Shown piece by piece: positions 1 to 11,683 of a stretch of 64,000 nt of DNA. The notes beneath the pieces are model-generated. The model was not told the origin of the DNA, did no database searches, and saw only the letters and a program-made list of their open reading frames with translations. The translations under genes and the position numbers were made by a program. Source of the DNA: Amoebophrya sp. A120 (lineage: Eukaryota; Protista; Dinoflagellata). Numbering within the stretch: the first letter of the stretch is position 1; the number at the start of each line of letters is the position of its first letter. The stretch lies in assembly GCA_905178155.1 (NCBI GenBank), contig CAJINV010000001.1, positions 5,412,757 to 5,476,756 on the forward strand. The letters are read 5' to 3'.

Positions 1-205
1 TCTCACAGTACTGTGAGAGCCAATGGTTCCTTTGGGGAAACAATGCCTGGCTCTTTTAGGCCGCGGGTTCGCGCCAGAACCAGGAAAATTCTCGTGGAAT
101 TCTTGCGCGCCCGGCGCAGAATTCCGCGAAATTTTTTGTGGCGAGATTCTGACGCCGCCACCACTTTTGACGCCATACCGTCGTAGCTGGACATCCAGCT
201 TTGAC

Positions 206-565
206 GGTATGGTTGAAAATGTGACATGGGGCAAAAATGTGACATGTACCCACGTCACATTTTTACCACGAGGGTATGGCCCAAAATGTGCCATCTGCCC
301 ACTTTTTGTGACATTTCGCGAACCACGAGGGTACGGTCCAAAATGTGACGTCAAAGCTGTTTTTTATAAAAAAGAAGAAGTAAGATATCTCACTTCTTCT
401 TTTTTATAAAAAACAGCTTTGACGTCACATTTTGGACCGTACCCCCGTGATTAGGCAAATGTCACATTTTTTGGTCAGATGGCACATTTTGGACCATACC
501 CTCGTGGTAAAAATGTGACGTGGGGACATGTCACATTTTCCCCTGATGTCACATTTTCAGCCATG
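206..565. repeat. Long near-perfect palindrome (~180-bp arms) centred at 386/387
   Basis: ...aaagctgttttttataaaaaagaagaagtaagat|atctcacttcttcttttttataaaaaacagcttt...; the arms contain repeated tgtgacat/atgtcaca units. Confidence 0.9.
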
Positions 566-902
566 CAGGCGGCAGTGGGTGTCGTGCGCCGTGGCTTTCC
601 GCGGCCAGAACAGCGCCGCCATTCGGGGCGAAGTCCCGATGCTATTGGTGGAGCGTAATCGCATAGCAATGCGACTTTTTGGCTTTTTTTTGCGTAGAGG
701 GCCAGGGCCGGGCGTGGGCTTTGGGGCCGAGCTGCCTCGGCGGCTTCGGGGGCCCGCTTCCCAAGGTGCCGCCGCGCTGCCCCGGCGCCCGCATTCCCCG
801 GCGCCTCTGGGCCCCTGCTTCTCGGGCTCTTCCGGGGCTTTCGGGGCCCGGTTGCCCGCCCGCAAAGCCCGCGGAGGGCGAAAAAGCTGTCTGTCGTTCT
901 CC

Positions 903-1635
903 CCCGAGCGGGAACTGGAACTTTCGCAGCTTCAAGGCTGCGAAGGTTCCAGTTCCCGCTCGACAAAACTGGGGCAGGATTTGAAAAGGTGTGGCCTTCT
1001 CGCACCTCATCACTCACAATTTGGCGACCACCCCAGCAAAAACAGCGCGCCCAGTTTTGCCGAGCGGGATCTGGAACTTTCGCAGCTTCGGGGCTGCGAA
1101 AGTTCCAGCGCCCGGTCGTTAGAGAACGCAGAAGCTGCTTTTCATTCTCCCCCGAGCGGGGGCTGGAACCTTCGCAGCTTCAAGGCTGCGAAGGTTCCAG
1201 TTCCCGCTCGACAAAACTGGAAAAGTGCTGCAGCTTTTCGAGTTTTGTCGAGCGGGATCTGGAACTTTCGCAGCTCGAAGGCTGCGAAATTTCCAGCCCC
1301 CGCTCGACAAAACTGGAAAGAGATTGCCGGGCGCCGCAGTGGTTCCAGTTTTGTCGGGCGGGAGCTGGCGCTTTCGCAGCTGGAAGGTTGCGAAAGTTCC
1401 AGTTCCCGCTCGACATAACTGGAATGAAAAAGACTGGGAGTGCTGCAGTGGCTCCAGTTTTGTCGAGCGGGAGCTGGAGCCTTCGCAGCTGGAAGGGTGC
1501 GAAAGTTCCAGCTCCCGCGCGACAAAACTGGGAAAAGATTGGGAGTGCTGCACTGGGTCCAGTTTTGTCGAGCGGAGGCTGGAACTTTTGCAGCTTCAAG
1601 GCTGCGGAAGTTCTCGCTCCTGCTCGATAAAACTG
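903..1635. repeat. Array of ~7 palindromic 70-80-bp units
   Basis: Repeated ccagttttgtcgagcgggaNctggaacYttcgcagc-loop-gctgcgaaRgttccagYtcccgctcgacaaaactgg, each unit self-complementary and separated by short variable linkers. Confidence 0.85.
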
Positions 1636-1657
1636 CGAGCGACGCTCCTTCGGGCTA

Positions 1658-2172
1658 GGGCGCCCCGCTTCTCATTGTTGCCCCGCGCCGTTTGGCCGCG
1701 TTTCTCGATGTTCTCCGAGCTTGGGGGCCCCGTTCCCCAGTGTTGCCCGGCGCCTTGGGGCCGCGTTTCTCGGTGTTTCTCCAAGCTTGGGGGCCCCGTT
1801 TCTCAATGTTGCCCCGCGCCTGGGGGCCCCGCTTCTCAATGTTTCCCCTTGTTTGGGGGCCGCGTTTCCCGATGTGCCTCCGCGCCTGGGGGCCCCGTTT
1901 CTCAATGTTGGCACGCGCGGAAAGGAAACTATGCAAACATTGAGAAACGGGGCCCCCAAGGCGCGAAGGCACATCGAGAAACGCGGCTACCAGGCGCGGA
2001 GCAACATTGAGAAACGGGGCCCCCAAGCGCGGAGGAACATTAAGAGACGGGGCCCTCAAGCGCGGAGAAACATTGAGAAACGGGGCCCCCCCGCGCTGAG
2101 AATCATCAAGAGACGCCCGGGGCCCCAAGGCGCGGAGAAACATCGCGAAACGGGGCCCCCAAGCGCGGAGAA
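1658..2172. repeat. ~30-33-bp tandem repeat array that inverts at ~1925
   Basis: gggggccccgtttctcaatgttgccccgcgcct-like units to ~1915, then reverse-complement units (aacattgagaaacggggccccc...) from ~1936. Confidence 0.85.
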
Positions 2173-2181
2173 GCTCGGTCT

Positions 2182-2402
2182 GGGCCAATTTGCATTGCAG
2201 GCTTGCCCGGATTCAGTTTCGGGCAATTTTGCAATGCACATTGGCCAAGATGAGGCCAAGTTGCATTGCAGGCTTGCCCGGATTCAGTTTCAGGCAGTTC
2301 TGCAATGCAAATTGGCCAAGATGAGGCCAATTCGCATTGCAGGCTTGCCCGGATTCAGATTCAGGCAGTTTTGCAATGCAAACTGGCCAAGGTAAGGCCA
2401 AT
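2182..2402. repeat. Three ~70-bp tandem repeats
   Basis: gcattgcaggcttgcccggattcagWttcRggcaRttYtgcaatgca recurs at ~2192, ~2263 and ~2334. Confidence 0.85.
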
Positions 2403-4895
2403 CTGCTGGATTTGTCATGCAGATTGGCCCAAAGAGCCAATCCTCATGACAAATCTGCATCACATTTACTGGCTCTTTTGCTGGTCCGGGCTTCGATACA
2501 ACTCCAATCTTTTGGAGTTGTATCGAAATCCGAACAACCAGAAGACCCAGGCGTTGTTTTCCCAAAAGAGCCACGGGCCCTCATAGTTTGTGAAATCTGC
2601 AAGGCAAATCTGCCCAGATTTGTCATGCAAAGTGGCCACTTGGGGCCGATTTGCATCGCCCGCCCGCGGTGAGCCCTTTCTGGGGGCAATTTGTGTTGCC
2701 CCTGCCCACCCGACCGGATTTGGGCATCGGGCGCATTTGCAATGCAAATGATCCCAGATCTGTCATGCAAATTGGCCAACCGGGGCCACCCGGGCCAATT
2801 GGCATGGCAGCCCGCGGGCCGCCTCGAACCATGGGCGAGTTTGTCATGCAAAACCTCCTTTCGGGGCAATTTGCATGACAAACTCGCTGGGCGGGTGCCC
2901 GCGATGACAGGTTGCATCGCAAATCCGCCTCCTCGCACGGAGGCCATCGCGAAGTTGCAGCTCAGCCTCCAGGCTGAGCTGCAACTTTGCTCCCGGGGAG
3001 CGCAAGTGGTCGGTGCTAGAGCCAGTGGTTCCGGCACGGGACGGATCTATCCGTGCTTCAAAACTTTTTGACGCGCGGAAAGATCTTTTCCGTGCCGGTG
3101 CCACCAATTGATTTGTGCTAAGAGCCACTGGCTCACACAGTCGGGCGCCTGCCTCTGGGGGTTCCGGATTTGTCATGAAGATTGGCCCAGAGAGCCAATC
3201 TTCATGACAAATCTTAATGACAAATCTGAGTCACGTTTACTGGTTCTTTTGCTGGTCCGGGCTTCGATACAACTCCAAACTTTTGGAGTTGTATCGAAAT
3301 CCGGACCACCAAAAGAACCACATGTTGTTTTCCCAAAAGAACCACTGGTTCTCACAGCTGAAAAAAATCAAAAATATCGAATGTCCACAATAATTGGAAA
3401 TATAGTGAAAAAAATGGCCCAAGTACGTCAGTCCCGCGATATTATATGGACGCTCTCCACCTCCTCTCCAAAAATCAGACACACCACAGGTTTTTTTTGT
3501 ATTTTTTCTGGTGCCCACTTTTTTGAAAAATTCAAACAATGGAGAACACATGCAAAAAGCCTTCCAAGAATCCTGAAAAATTGCAGATGTGCAAAATTAT
3601 AAATCATCCTTTTGGTTATTTGACTAACGAGCTTTCAACTTCCATAAATTTCTATGTTTTTTTAAATTTTTGAAAAATTTCGAAATTTTTTAAAATAGAA
3701 AAAAACGCCAGTCATCATATAAAAAAAAGGCTCATTGTCTATATATGTTTTGACGTTCCTTAGTATTATGCATGGCCCTATTATGTCCGTCATCATGTTA
3801 AATCCGCATAGGTATTTTTTTTTCATTTCGAAATGTTTGCAAAAATTTTCACAATTTGAGAACATAGGAAAATTACAAAGGCGAGCAAGATGAAAAGTGA
3901 TGCTTTTCTGACAATCGCGATTTCTTAAATTCAGCTGGTGCGGGCTAATTTGCCAGCTCTAGGGAGGTGCGGAATTTTCAAAAATCTGGAGGGGCCCCTT
4001 GTGCAGGCCATTCCTGGCCCTTCTAGTGGTCAGCTCCCCCCCCTCCCATGGACGGATCCCCACGCTACTTGGAGAGCCCCTATGGACCGCGACGGCCTTT
4101 CCCCGGCGCGGAGGATGCATGGAATGCGCCCGACCCTGCTTCGGTACCGCCACCGCCTGGAATCCCGGCGCCGCTGGCCCCCGACTACCGGACGGCGCGG
4201 CGAAACGCGAGCGCGCCGGCGTTTACAGGAAGGACAGGGCTCCGAGCGGGCGAAGCCCCGCGCCGTCCCGCGTTCTGGCCGACTGCGATTGGCAGCCGAT
4301 AGGGCTTTAGAGCGCGTCCTGCTGCGGCGCGCGCTAATCTTTCCCGGGCGGGCTGCCGCGATTTTCGCGCTCGTGGACCGCGGCTTGCACATGCTTTCTG
4401 GCGCGACCCCGCAAAGCGACCGGCCCGGATCTACACCTGCCGCGCAGCAGTGACGCACCCGCCAGATTGCGGTAGCGCTTTTCGTTGGTCCCGCTCGAGC
4501 AAGCAGTTTCTTTTGGGGGCCCGACGGCACACATTGCCGTGGGAATTAGTGGAAATTGCTGGTCGGTGAGTGTGAAACTCCTCTCCAATTTCTTCGGTCT
4601 ACTCGATATCTGCTCGAATAGACACATGCATACACTCGGTACAAATGCGCATCGGTGTCACGGACTCGCTGGCTTAGCGCGCAACTGCGTCGTTTTGTAC
4701 TCGCAGGGCCAGAGACAACTACCCTCTATTACACCTCCCCAAAGAGTATTTGCAGTGCGGCACGACTCAAAGAGCAGCTCAACGCTAGGTCATCAGTCGT
4801 TCTCTTTTTCGCTCAATCAAACTTAACCTCGATTTTGATATATAGATCTGGTAGATTATTTAGAAGGCACCCGCTGGACGCGCCGAATTCTAGCC

Positions 4896-7139
4896 ATGGA
4901 GTCGATTCTAGTCACGCCAAGTTATTTCTATCATTCTTGTGACATATGCGGTTTCCAGTGCAAGAGCGGCGCGGGGCTGGCGAGTCATAAACGCGCACAC
5001 GCGCGTCGTGGTCAATTTACGCCCGAGGATTTGCCCGTACGCGGCCCGGTGAGATTTTCTGCGGCTCCGCGTCCGGACGTACCGTGGGTTGCCGCTACGG
5101 TGCCGCAAGTCGCTTCGGATCGGCAGCCCACGCACCACCCCGCACGATCCTTGTTCCCGCCAACTACCATCGGCGAAACCGCGGTAACTGATGTCGCATC
5201 GGAGGCCGCCCCGGCGGAGCTTCCGGCGCGCGTGCCCGCGAGCCCCGCCAATCCGCGACCGATCGTGGAAGAAGAGACCTCGGCTCGCGCGGAACCAAGC
5301 CCGTCCGACCAGAAGCTCGAATTGGTGGTAAAGCCAACCCAGGCGGGTAAGACGTTTGAAATGATCGCCGGCATCGTCGGCGACATTCGTGTTCGGGGGC
5401 AGCACCAGACACACTTCGTGTTCGCGATGAACACCAAGATGAACAACGAACAGTGCGCCAAGCGGGTGGTGGATGGGGTCACGGAACACCTCGGCGAAGC
5501 CTTTACGCAGAAGGTCGTGATGCTGCAATCCGGTCCGGCGCCTGACTGCGGTTGCCGGGCGGTGCAAACTTTCGAGGAATTACTTGCTCTCCCGGAGCCT
5601 CCGCTCGTCGTTATTTGTTGCTCGCATTGGAAGCGGCTGAATGATGTTTACCAATTTTTGGAAAACGTGAAAGACGCCCAGCTAGATCCGCCTGCGTGGC
5701 CGGCGGAACGATTGCGATCCCAACTGGGTCGTTACTTTGGGCGGTACCTCCAGCTGCAGGATTACAAGTTCATCCTGCACCATGACGAGTTGCACCATTA
5801 CTGCAGCCGTTGCAACGTGGAAGTGAACGGGATGAAGAAAAAGCTCAGCGTGCGCATCCAGGACGCGCTCGCCTTCAATCCTAGTGTGCTCCGCGTGTGC
5901 GGTTACACCGCAACGCCGGAGCCAATTTTTGCCGCGTGCGGAGGTCGGGAGAACGTGCAATTGCGTCCGTTGCGAGCCGAGCGGCAACACATGGAGGACT
6001 ACAAGGGGTCCGCGCAGATGCAGTTCTGTATCGTCGAGCCAGAGCCGGAGATGCACCCGACGGAGTACAGCAAGATGGTCCTGACCAACCACACCCGCGC
6101 TTTTCTCTACCCTGGCGCGGCCCGGGTGTTTCTTCCCGCCAGCACGAAGGTTGACAGTCACGAAGAGCTACGGCAGTTTGTTTTTCGTTTGTTCCCGAAC
6201 GCCGCGGTGGCGATGTTGAACGGCAGGGAGAAGTCGCTTTCGTGGTTCCGGCAGGACGTGGACGTTGACGCCGTGCGTCACGACCCTAGCGTCGATTCGT
6301 GGGTCAAGTGGGACTTGCAGCAGGTTAGATCCCCGGACGGCCGCCCACTGGAAGTATCGCAAAAAATTGCCGAGGTCATGCTTCGGAATGAGTTACAGGA
6401 GCGCCCGCTGTTTATCACCGGGTACCTGTGCCTCGGCATGGGACAGACCCTGATGGATCCGCGGTTGGGAAATTTCACCCACGCGGTCCTGCCCGACCGG
6501 ACGCACATGGAGAAGATGTTTGGTTCGCCCACACCGGAGGTGCTCTACCAGGAGGCGGGGCGCGTCACCGGTCGACCAGATCTTGGTTTAACCATAGTGT
6601 ACTGCCCGGAAGAAATCCGGCAGAATTTTGTTCGCGAAGAGGAAAAAGCCTTCGCAGTGATGCAGGATGCCTGCATATCCCGTGTAAACACAACCCCACC
6701 CCAGAGTTGTCATGCAATTCTGCATGCCAAAAAAGTGCTTCATGCAGAGCCCCATGAGAAGCATTGCCTAGTCGCGTTTTGGAATTGGTGATGCTAGAAT
6801 CAGCATGCTATGCTAGGTCTGTGATGCTGCTGACCTACCTAAAACAGGACTACACTACGAGGGCAAACTTGTCATGCCAAACAACCAAAGCTGGTCGATT
6901 TGTGTAGCAGATTTCCCATCTTGACTCTGGTGTGGGGACGTTTTTAATCAGGATACTGCATCGCCGGGGCTCTGGCGCGCCTGCAGGCGAACGCAGGCGT
7001 CGTTGGCACTGCCCGGATGGAGCCAGCGGAGGTCCAGCACATGACATTCGCGAGGACATACGGGAGACGACGAGCGGCGGCTACGCTAGTGAGAAATTTT
7101 CTTCCTCGCCCTCTTCGGCGTTGGGTCGGCTATTGCTAA
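4896..7139 (+). CDS. C2H2 zinc finger + SF2 (DExH) helicase-like protein; exons 4896-6675 and 6961-7139
   Basis: N-terminal CDICGFQCKSGAGLASHKRAH; motif I KPTQAGKT; motif II DELH; motif III TATP; motif VI QEAGRVTG. Removing the introner gives ...QDAC|IAGALARLQ...WVGYC* (TAA 7137-7139). Confidence 0.75.
6676..6955. mobile_element. Introner (family C), 280 bp, TSD CTGCA
   Basis: Left end tatcccgtgtaaacacaaccccaccccagagt versus reverse complement of right end tatcctgattaaaaacgtccccacaccagagt; CTGCA at 6671-6675 and 6956-6960; frame restored. Confidence 0.85.
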
Positions 7140-8223
7140 AGCCCATAAGAAGTAACAGTACATCGGCCTACCTGCATAGAACTCTGAACATGATTTTTTT
7201 GAGCATATTCTTCTCTTCAGGAACAGCAGAAGCAACGTGACTGCTATACCCGGCAAGGTGGTGCACGGCGCCAGATTCAGATGGCGACTACGGCACCGGC
7301 ATTTCCTCTACGTGCGCTAAGGCGCACGTCGCAACAATACAACATAGAAAGTAGTTTGAAGCTCTAACACGGGTAGTAGTTCAGTACATAGATGTAGCAT
7401 GTCAACATACAACATGTATTTTCTCGAGTAACGCGATCCGATAATCAGTTCGCTGAAGATCTACGTCCATTGCCGACCGGCCTAATGCTCGTTGATCTTT
7501 CAAAAACCAGGAGCTATCGACAATTTATGATTGCTTCGCTTCTAGAAAGTCCATCGCCACTACTCGACCGCCGCTTTTTATGCCGCGACTGCTGCAAAAC
7601 TTGACGCGTTGTTCGCTCGGCTACGCTGCAGATTTATTGTAGTACTATTCGGTACGATCGTGTTGAGTTTAGTGTAATTTTCTGTGCTTAAATAAACAGA
7701 TCTTTGTGCAGCTCCGGGTAAGAAAAAGTGTAGCGCTTTACTCCTAGTTCGAGGAAGATGATTTCTGATCCGCTACGGCCACTACACAAGATCCGTTCCG
7801 AAACCACCTATATAGGATCCGTTCAAGAATGACGCCGCTGCCGGGCTCTCAGGCAGACGCCTACCATTGATCCTGCTGAGGTTCCCCATCGAATTGATCC
7901 TGCTCTTGCGATCCATTTAGATCCATTTCCGGCACTAGAGTGCTTATCGGTCCCTGAAGAGAAAGATCGTCAAAATTTGCAGCCCTCTGCGGGGGTTCAA
8001 CGGTTCAATGAGCGCGTTACCATGATGAATGCTCCATCTACTTCATCCCTTTCATCGAGCCAGCAGGTTAGAACGCTAAAGTTTTACGTCAAGAACACCA
8101 TCAGATACAAAATCACGGAATAATTCTTATCTCAACATACCACCTGAGCGTTATTTTACCGTTCATACAAAGCAATAGAAATAAGTCTTACTCCCGCTTC
8201 CACCAATCGAAAGAAACCCCATA

Positions 8224-10319
8224 ATGTCCTGCCGCCGCGTAGCACTTTGTTGCTTGACCGCCCTGGTCAGTCTGCAGCAAGACTGCGGCACTAGCTGCTT
8301 TGTTGCCGCTTACCAGGAGGCCCTTTCGACGCCGAAGTTCCTCGTCGGCCGTCGCCACTTCTATGATGTGCCGTATCGATATGATTATGAAACGCCGGAT
8401 GGAAATGGCTATGGCACTGCAGTCCGCACCGCCGGGCTCGTGACTGTGTATTTCCCAATCGGTTCTCTTCCACGAGCTACGACCAGGCGAGGACGCGCAA
8501 CACGCGAGGCCAGGAGGGGTGCTGCCGGCGCGGCTCGTGCTGACCTTGCTCGCCGACTGCCTTACATGACGAACAGCGGTGGTGCAACCCAGCGTCAGTC
8601 TCCGTCATTCCGCTTCACATCCATGTACCGCGGGGCGCTGCCAATAGAGAACATCGAAAACCGTGAAGAAGGAAACCTCCGCGGCACGCCGATTGACAAC
8701 GCCCTATCCATGATTTTGCTCAACGACGAGGGTGCCTACCCGACGGTGACGGGTAAGGTTCTGGCAGGGGTCGCGCGACTGCTCAGCAACCTGGCGTTCG
8801 TATACAAGGGCGCGGAGTCGGTTCTCGTCGATGAGGAGAACAAGGTAAGGACTGGTGACGTGTTGTTCTTAAGCGGTTTTGAGCTCTTCCAAGACGAAGA
8901 TGGGACGAGCCCTGACACAGCAACGGGTGGTTCGTCTCATCGCTTTCCGCTCGTGCATTTTTTGCATGGGGATTCTGCGTCTCACGTTATGTACACACCG
9001 CTGCTGGAGCGCGTCGCCGCGGCCGGCTACGTCGTGGTCGCAGCCGACGCCGGTGGGCATAGCCTCTCCGGAAAACTCGCGGATAAAGAATTTGTTCAGA
9101 AAATTTCTTTATCAAATGCAAAAATGTCTGGATCTGGAAGAATATATGGTTGTCATGCTTGTCTGGCATGAGTCTTAAATCTGTCATGCACGTTACCCAA
9201 GAGCTCCGCTTTTCTGTTGCGCAGAAGCGCATTTTGTCATGCAGAATAGGCAACACCTAGGAGCTCAGAAACTTGTCATGCTGCGCCAGCATTTGTAGCC
9301 TCATCATGAGACGCCACCCAGCATCACAAGTTTCCAGACCCAGACACTTTTACTTATGATATCAGTGTCGGAGACGCGCGGGACGACAGGAAATCGCCCC
9401 TCGACCGGACGAGCACGAAGGTGTGATCCTCGCGAACTCCTTGCGCAGTTTGGCGTCGGGGGAGTTTGAACCTACCGCAGGAGAAGACCCGACCCGATCC
9501 GGGCATAAGTTGGGAGAGCTACTGCGGGCGAAAGTAGAGGGAGCCGAGGTGGCTGTTGCTGATGCGCGAAGCGGACGCCGGGTTGACATTCCGCATGCCG
9601 TTATTGGACACTCTCGCGGAGGCATGGAGGCCATGTTTGGGGAAGCTCCGGACCGCCGACTGACCATGGCAATAAACAAGGGAGCATACGTGGCCACTCC
9701 TCAGTCTGTATACTATGCCAATGAAGTGCCGGTCAAATTGGACCACTCGTCGGTGGTTACAATCACCGGGACGGAGGACGAAATTCAAAACAAGGATCGA
9801 CAGGGGCGACTCATGACTGAAGCACTGTTTCCAAGGCAGGGCCGGGCTTATCAGACAAAGGACAAGCTGGAATACATGAAAGTAAACAAATTGTATGGCC
9901 GCCACATCGAGATTCAAGGCATGCGCCACGACGTCTTGTGTCCAGTCCTCTGCGAGGCGTTGTGGAAACTCCCAGAGGAGGTGAAGCATTCCTACAGAGT
10001 TTGGGGTTGGTCATCTCTGGTCAGACCCTTTAAGTCCGTGAAAGAGGTGCAAGCGTATTTTATCGAGCAGCTTCGTAGCAGTCAAGGCTTCGCCTACGAG
10101 TGCAGTACGGATACGGCGCAACTGGCAAAAAAAAGTCGCGACATCACAAGTGAGCTCGTTCTAGCGGCGCTGGGGGATGCGTTTAGTCGTCGTTCCCGTA
10201 GAGGTGGTGACACATTGCAGATCGACAAAGCCATCGCGAGGTTTAGACCACAGGCTACGGACGAAGGGTTCATCAGCACGGTTGTGAGGGAGAACGGAGG
10301 ACCTAAGTTGCTTGGATGA
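8224..10319 (+). CDS. Alpha/beta hydrolase (chlorophyllase / PAF-acetylhydrolase-like), probable signal peptide; split by an introner
   Basis: PLVHFLHG...YTPLLERVAAAGYVVVAAD in the first ORF and nucleophile elbow VIGHSRGG in the second; the two join in frame after removing 9110-9361 plus 5 nt. Confidence 0.8.
9110..9361. mobile_element. Introner (family A), 252 bp, decayed TSD (TTCTT/TCAGT)
   Basis: tatcaaatgcaaaaatgtctggatctggaa ... ttccagacccagacacttttacttatgata; removal of element + 5 nt is in frame, element + 4 nt is not. Confidence 0.85.
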
Positions 10320-11101
10320 ACAGGTTGTCCGACCCAGTAATCATGAACGACGCGTGGCATCAAATTCCGGAATAGATGCGGAGTGTTCAAGAAGCAGCTG
10401 CAGGAGGAGGACCAGGATGCCACTACTGAGTTTCCCCGTTCAGCATTTGACAGATAAGCATGCAGAAGTATGAGGCGACTTGCAGGGTGAAAAAGAAGCC
10501 ACGCCACTGCAATAGCCCACACACAGTCTTCTACAAAGAAAAAAAATCGTGCTATAGACTATTCGAACTTCGTAGTTAAGTAAGCCTACTCACCTCAAGT
10601 ATGTATGATGCGAGATTTTGACTTTTGATGATGACAGGCAAGGTAGGATTTCGCTTTCTGATGTTAGCCAATGACCCTCAAGAAGTTTTTTAAAAACTAT
10701 CTCGGGTCGCTGCGCCGCTATAAATTTTCTCACCAGTAATCGGCCAGCGCTTCCGCCTGGTTCGCTAAAGCTGTGCGCTATGTTCGTTCGTCCCGTATAG
10801 CTATGCTCGTTCGCCCTTATAGTTACGTGTAAACTTTTCAGAATTTTCTATCGAAACATAAGACGGACACGGTCCGCAAGTTTGAAAAAGTTAAGAACTT
10901 TACCAAGATATACTACCTAAAAACTATAGCAATTATCCAACTGGGAGCTCAAACGCAAAAAAAAGAAACAAAAACCAAAAACCTAGAGAGTACTGCTAAA
11001 AACCTTACAACAGACTTTCTCTGTTCTGTCGTGCATGTGCCTTCTACATGATCGATAAACACTACTGTGCCGAACTGAGGATTTATTGATGAACAAATTC
11101 C

Positions 11102-11229
11102 ATACCAGGGGTTTTGAATATTCCCGTTTTGACTATTGCGCTGTACTATACCAGGGGTTTTGACTATTCCTGTTTTGACTATTGCGCTGTACTATACCAG
11201 GAGTTTTGACTATTCCCGTTGTGCTGTAC
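11102..11229. repeat. ~46-bp tandem repeat, about 2.7 copies
   Basis: ataccaggggttttgactattccYgttttgactattgcgctgtact repeated. Confidence 0.8.
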
Positions 11230-11683
11230 GCACTTCAATCTCTTATATTCAAATCGATACAATTACAAACATTTTGACAACGTAGTATCTGTGTTACCCT
11301 CGCTTGTGTTCCATGTTTTGTTGCGTCACACAATCTGGTATGCTCGAATGTACTTCTTGCGATCACAATCAATCTTGTGCACTACGTCCCATTGATCAAC
11401 TGCTGCGAGACGAGCCGGACTCGAAGTTGCTCACAGAGAGCGAGAAATAAAAAGGTTGATCGGTAGGCGGTCCTTCAATGAGTGAGTCTTTTACTCTTCA
11501 AAAGATGAAAGTAGTGCCTGGAGGTCACTTGTCCCAAGCGGCAGGCACCCCCGGGACCCGATGTTTTGGATGCTTGCAGAATGTGGCGGCGCTGATGCAC
11601 GGGGACGACGGTAAACTACGGCATTGTACGGGATAAGCATCAATGTCACACCCGTCCCAAGTGCCTTCGTTTCTGGTTCTACT

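Larger units (their letters stand above)
11..3357. mobile_element. Non-coding foldback-like element (~3.35 kb) with ~47-bp imperfect TIRs (CTGTGAGA...TCTCACAG)
   Basis: 11-57 (ctgtgagagccaatggttcctttggggaaacaatgcctggctctttt) matches the reverse complement of 3311-3357. The interior consists of nested hairpins and tandem repeats. It has no credible ORF; the ORF-track entries here are repeat translations. Confidence 0.6.

Noticed and set aside
903-1635. CRISPR-like repeat/spacer appearance
   Set aside because: Units are too long and divergent, linkers resemble each other, the context is eukaryotic and there are no cas genes.
3-3602. Many overlapping ORFs on both strands
   Set aside because: They are translations of GC-rich palindromic and tandem repeats, with no domain motifs.
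7758-8123. ATG-started frame interrupted by one TGA (possible stop-codon reassignment or selenocysteine)
   Set aside because: No recognisable protein, and the conserved genes here show no in-frame stops and end at TAA, TAG or TGA.
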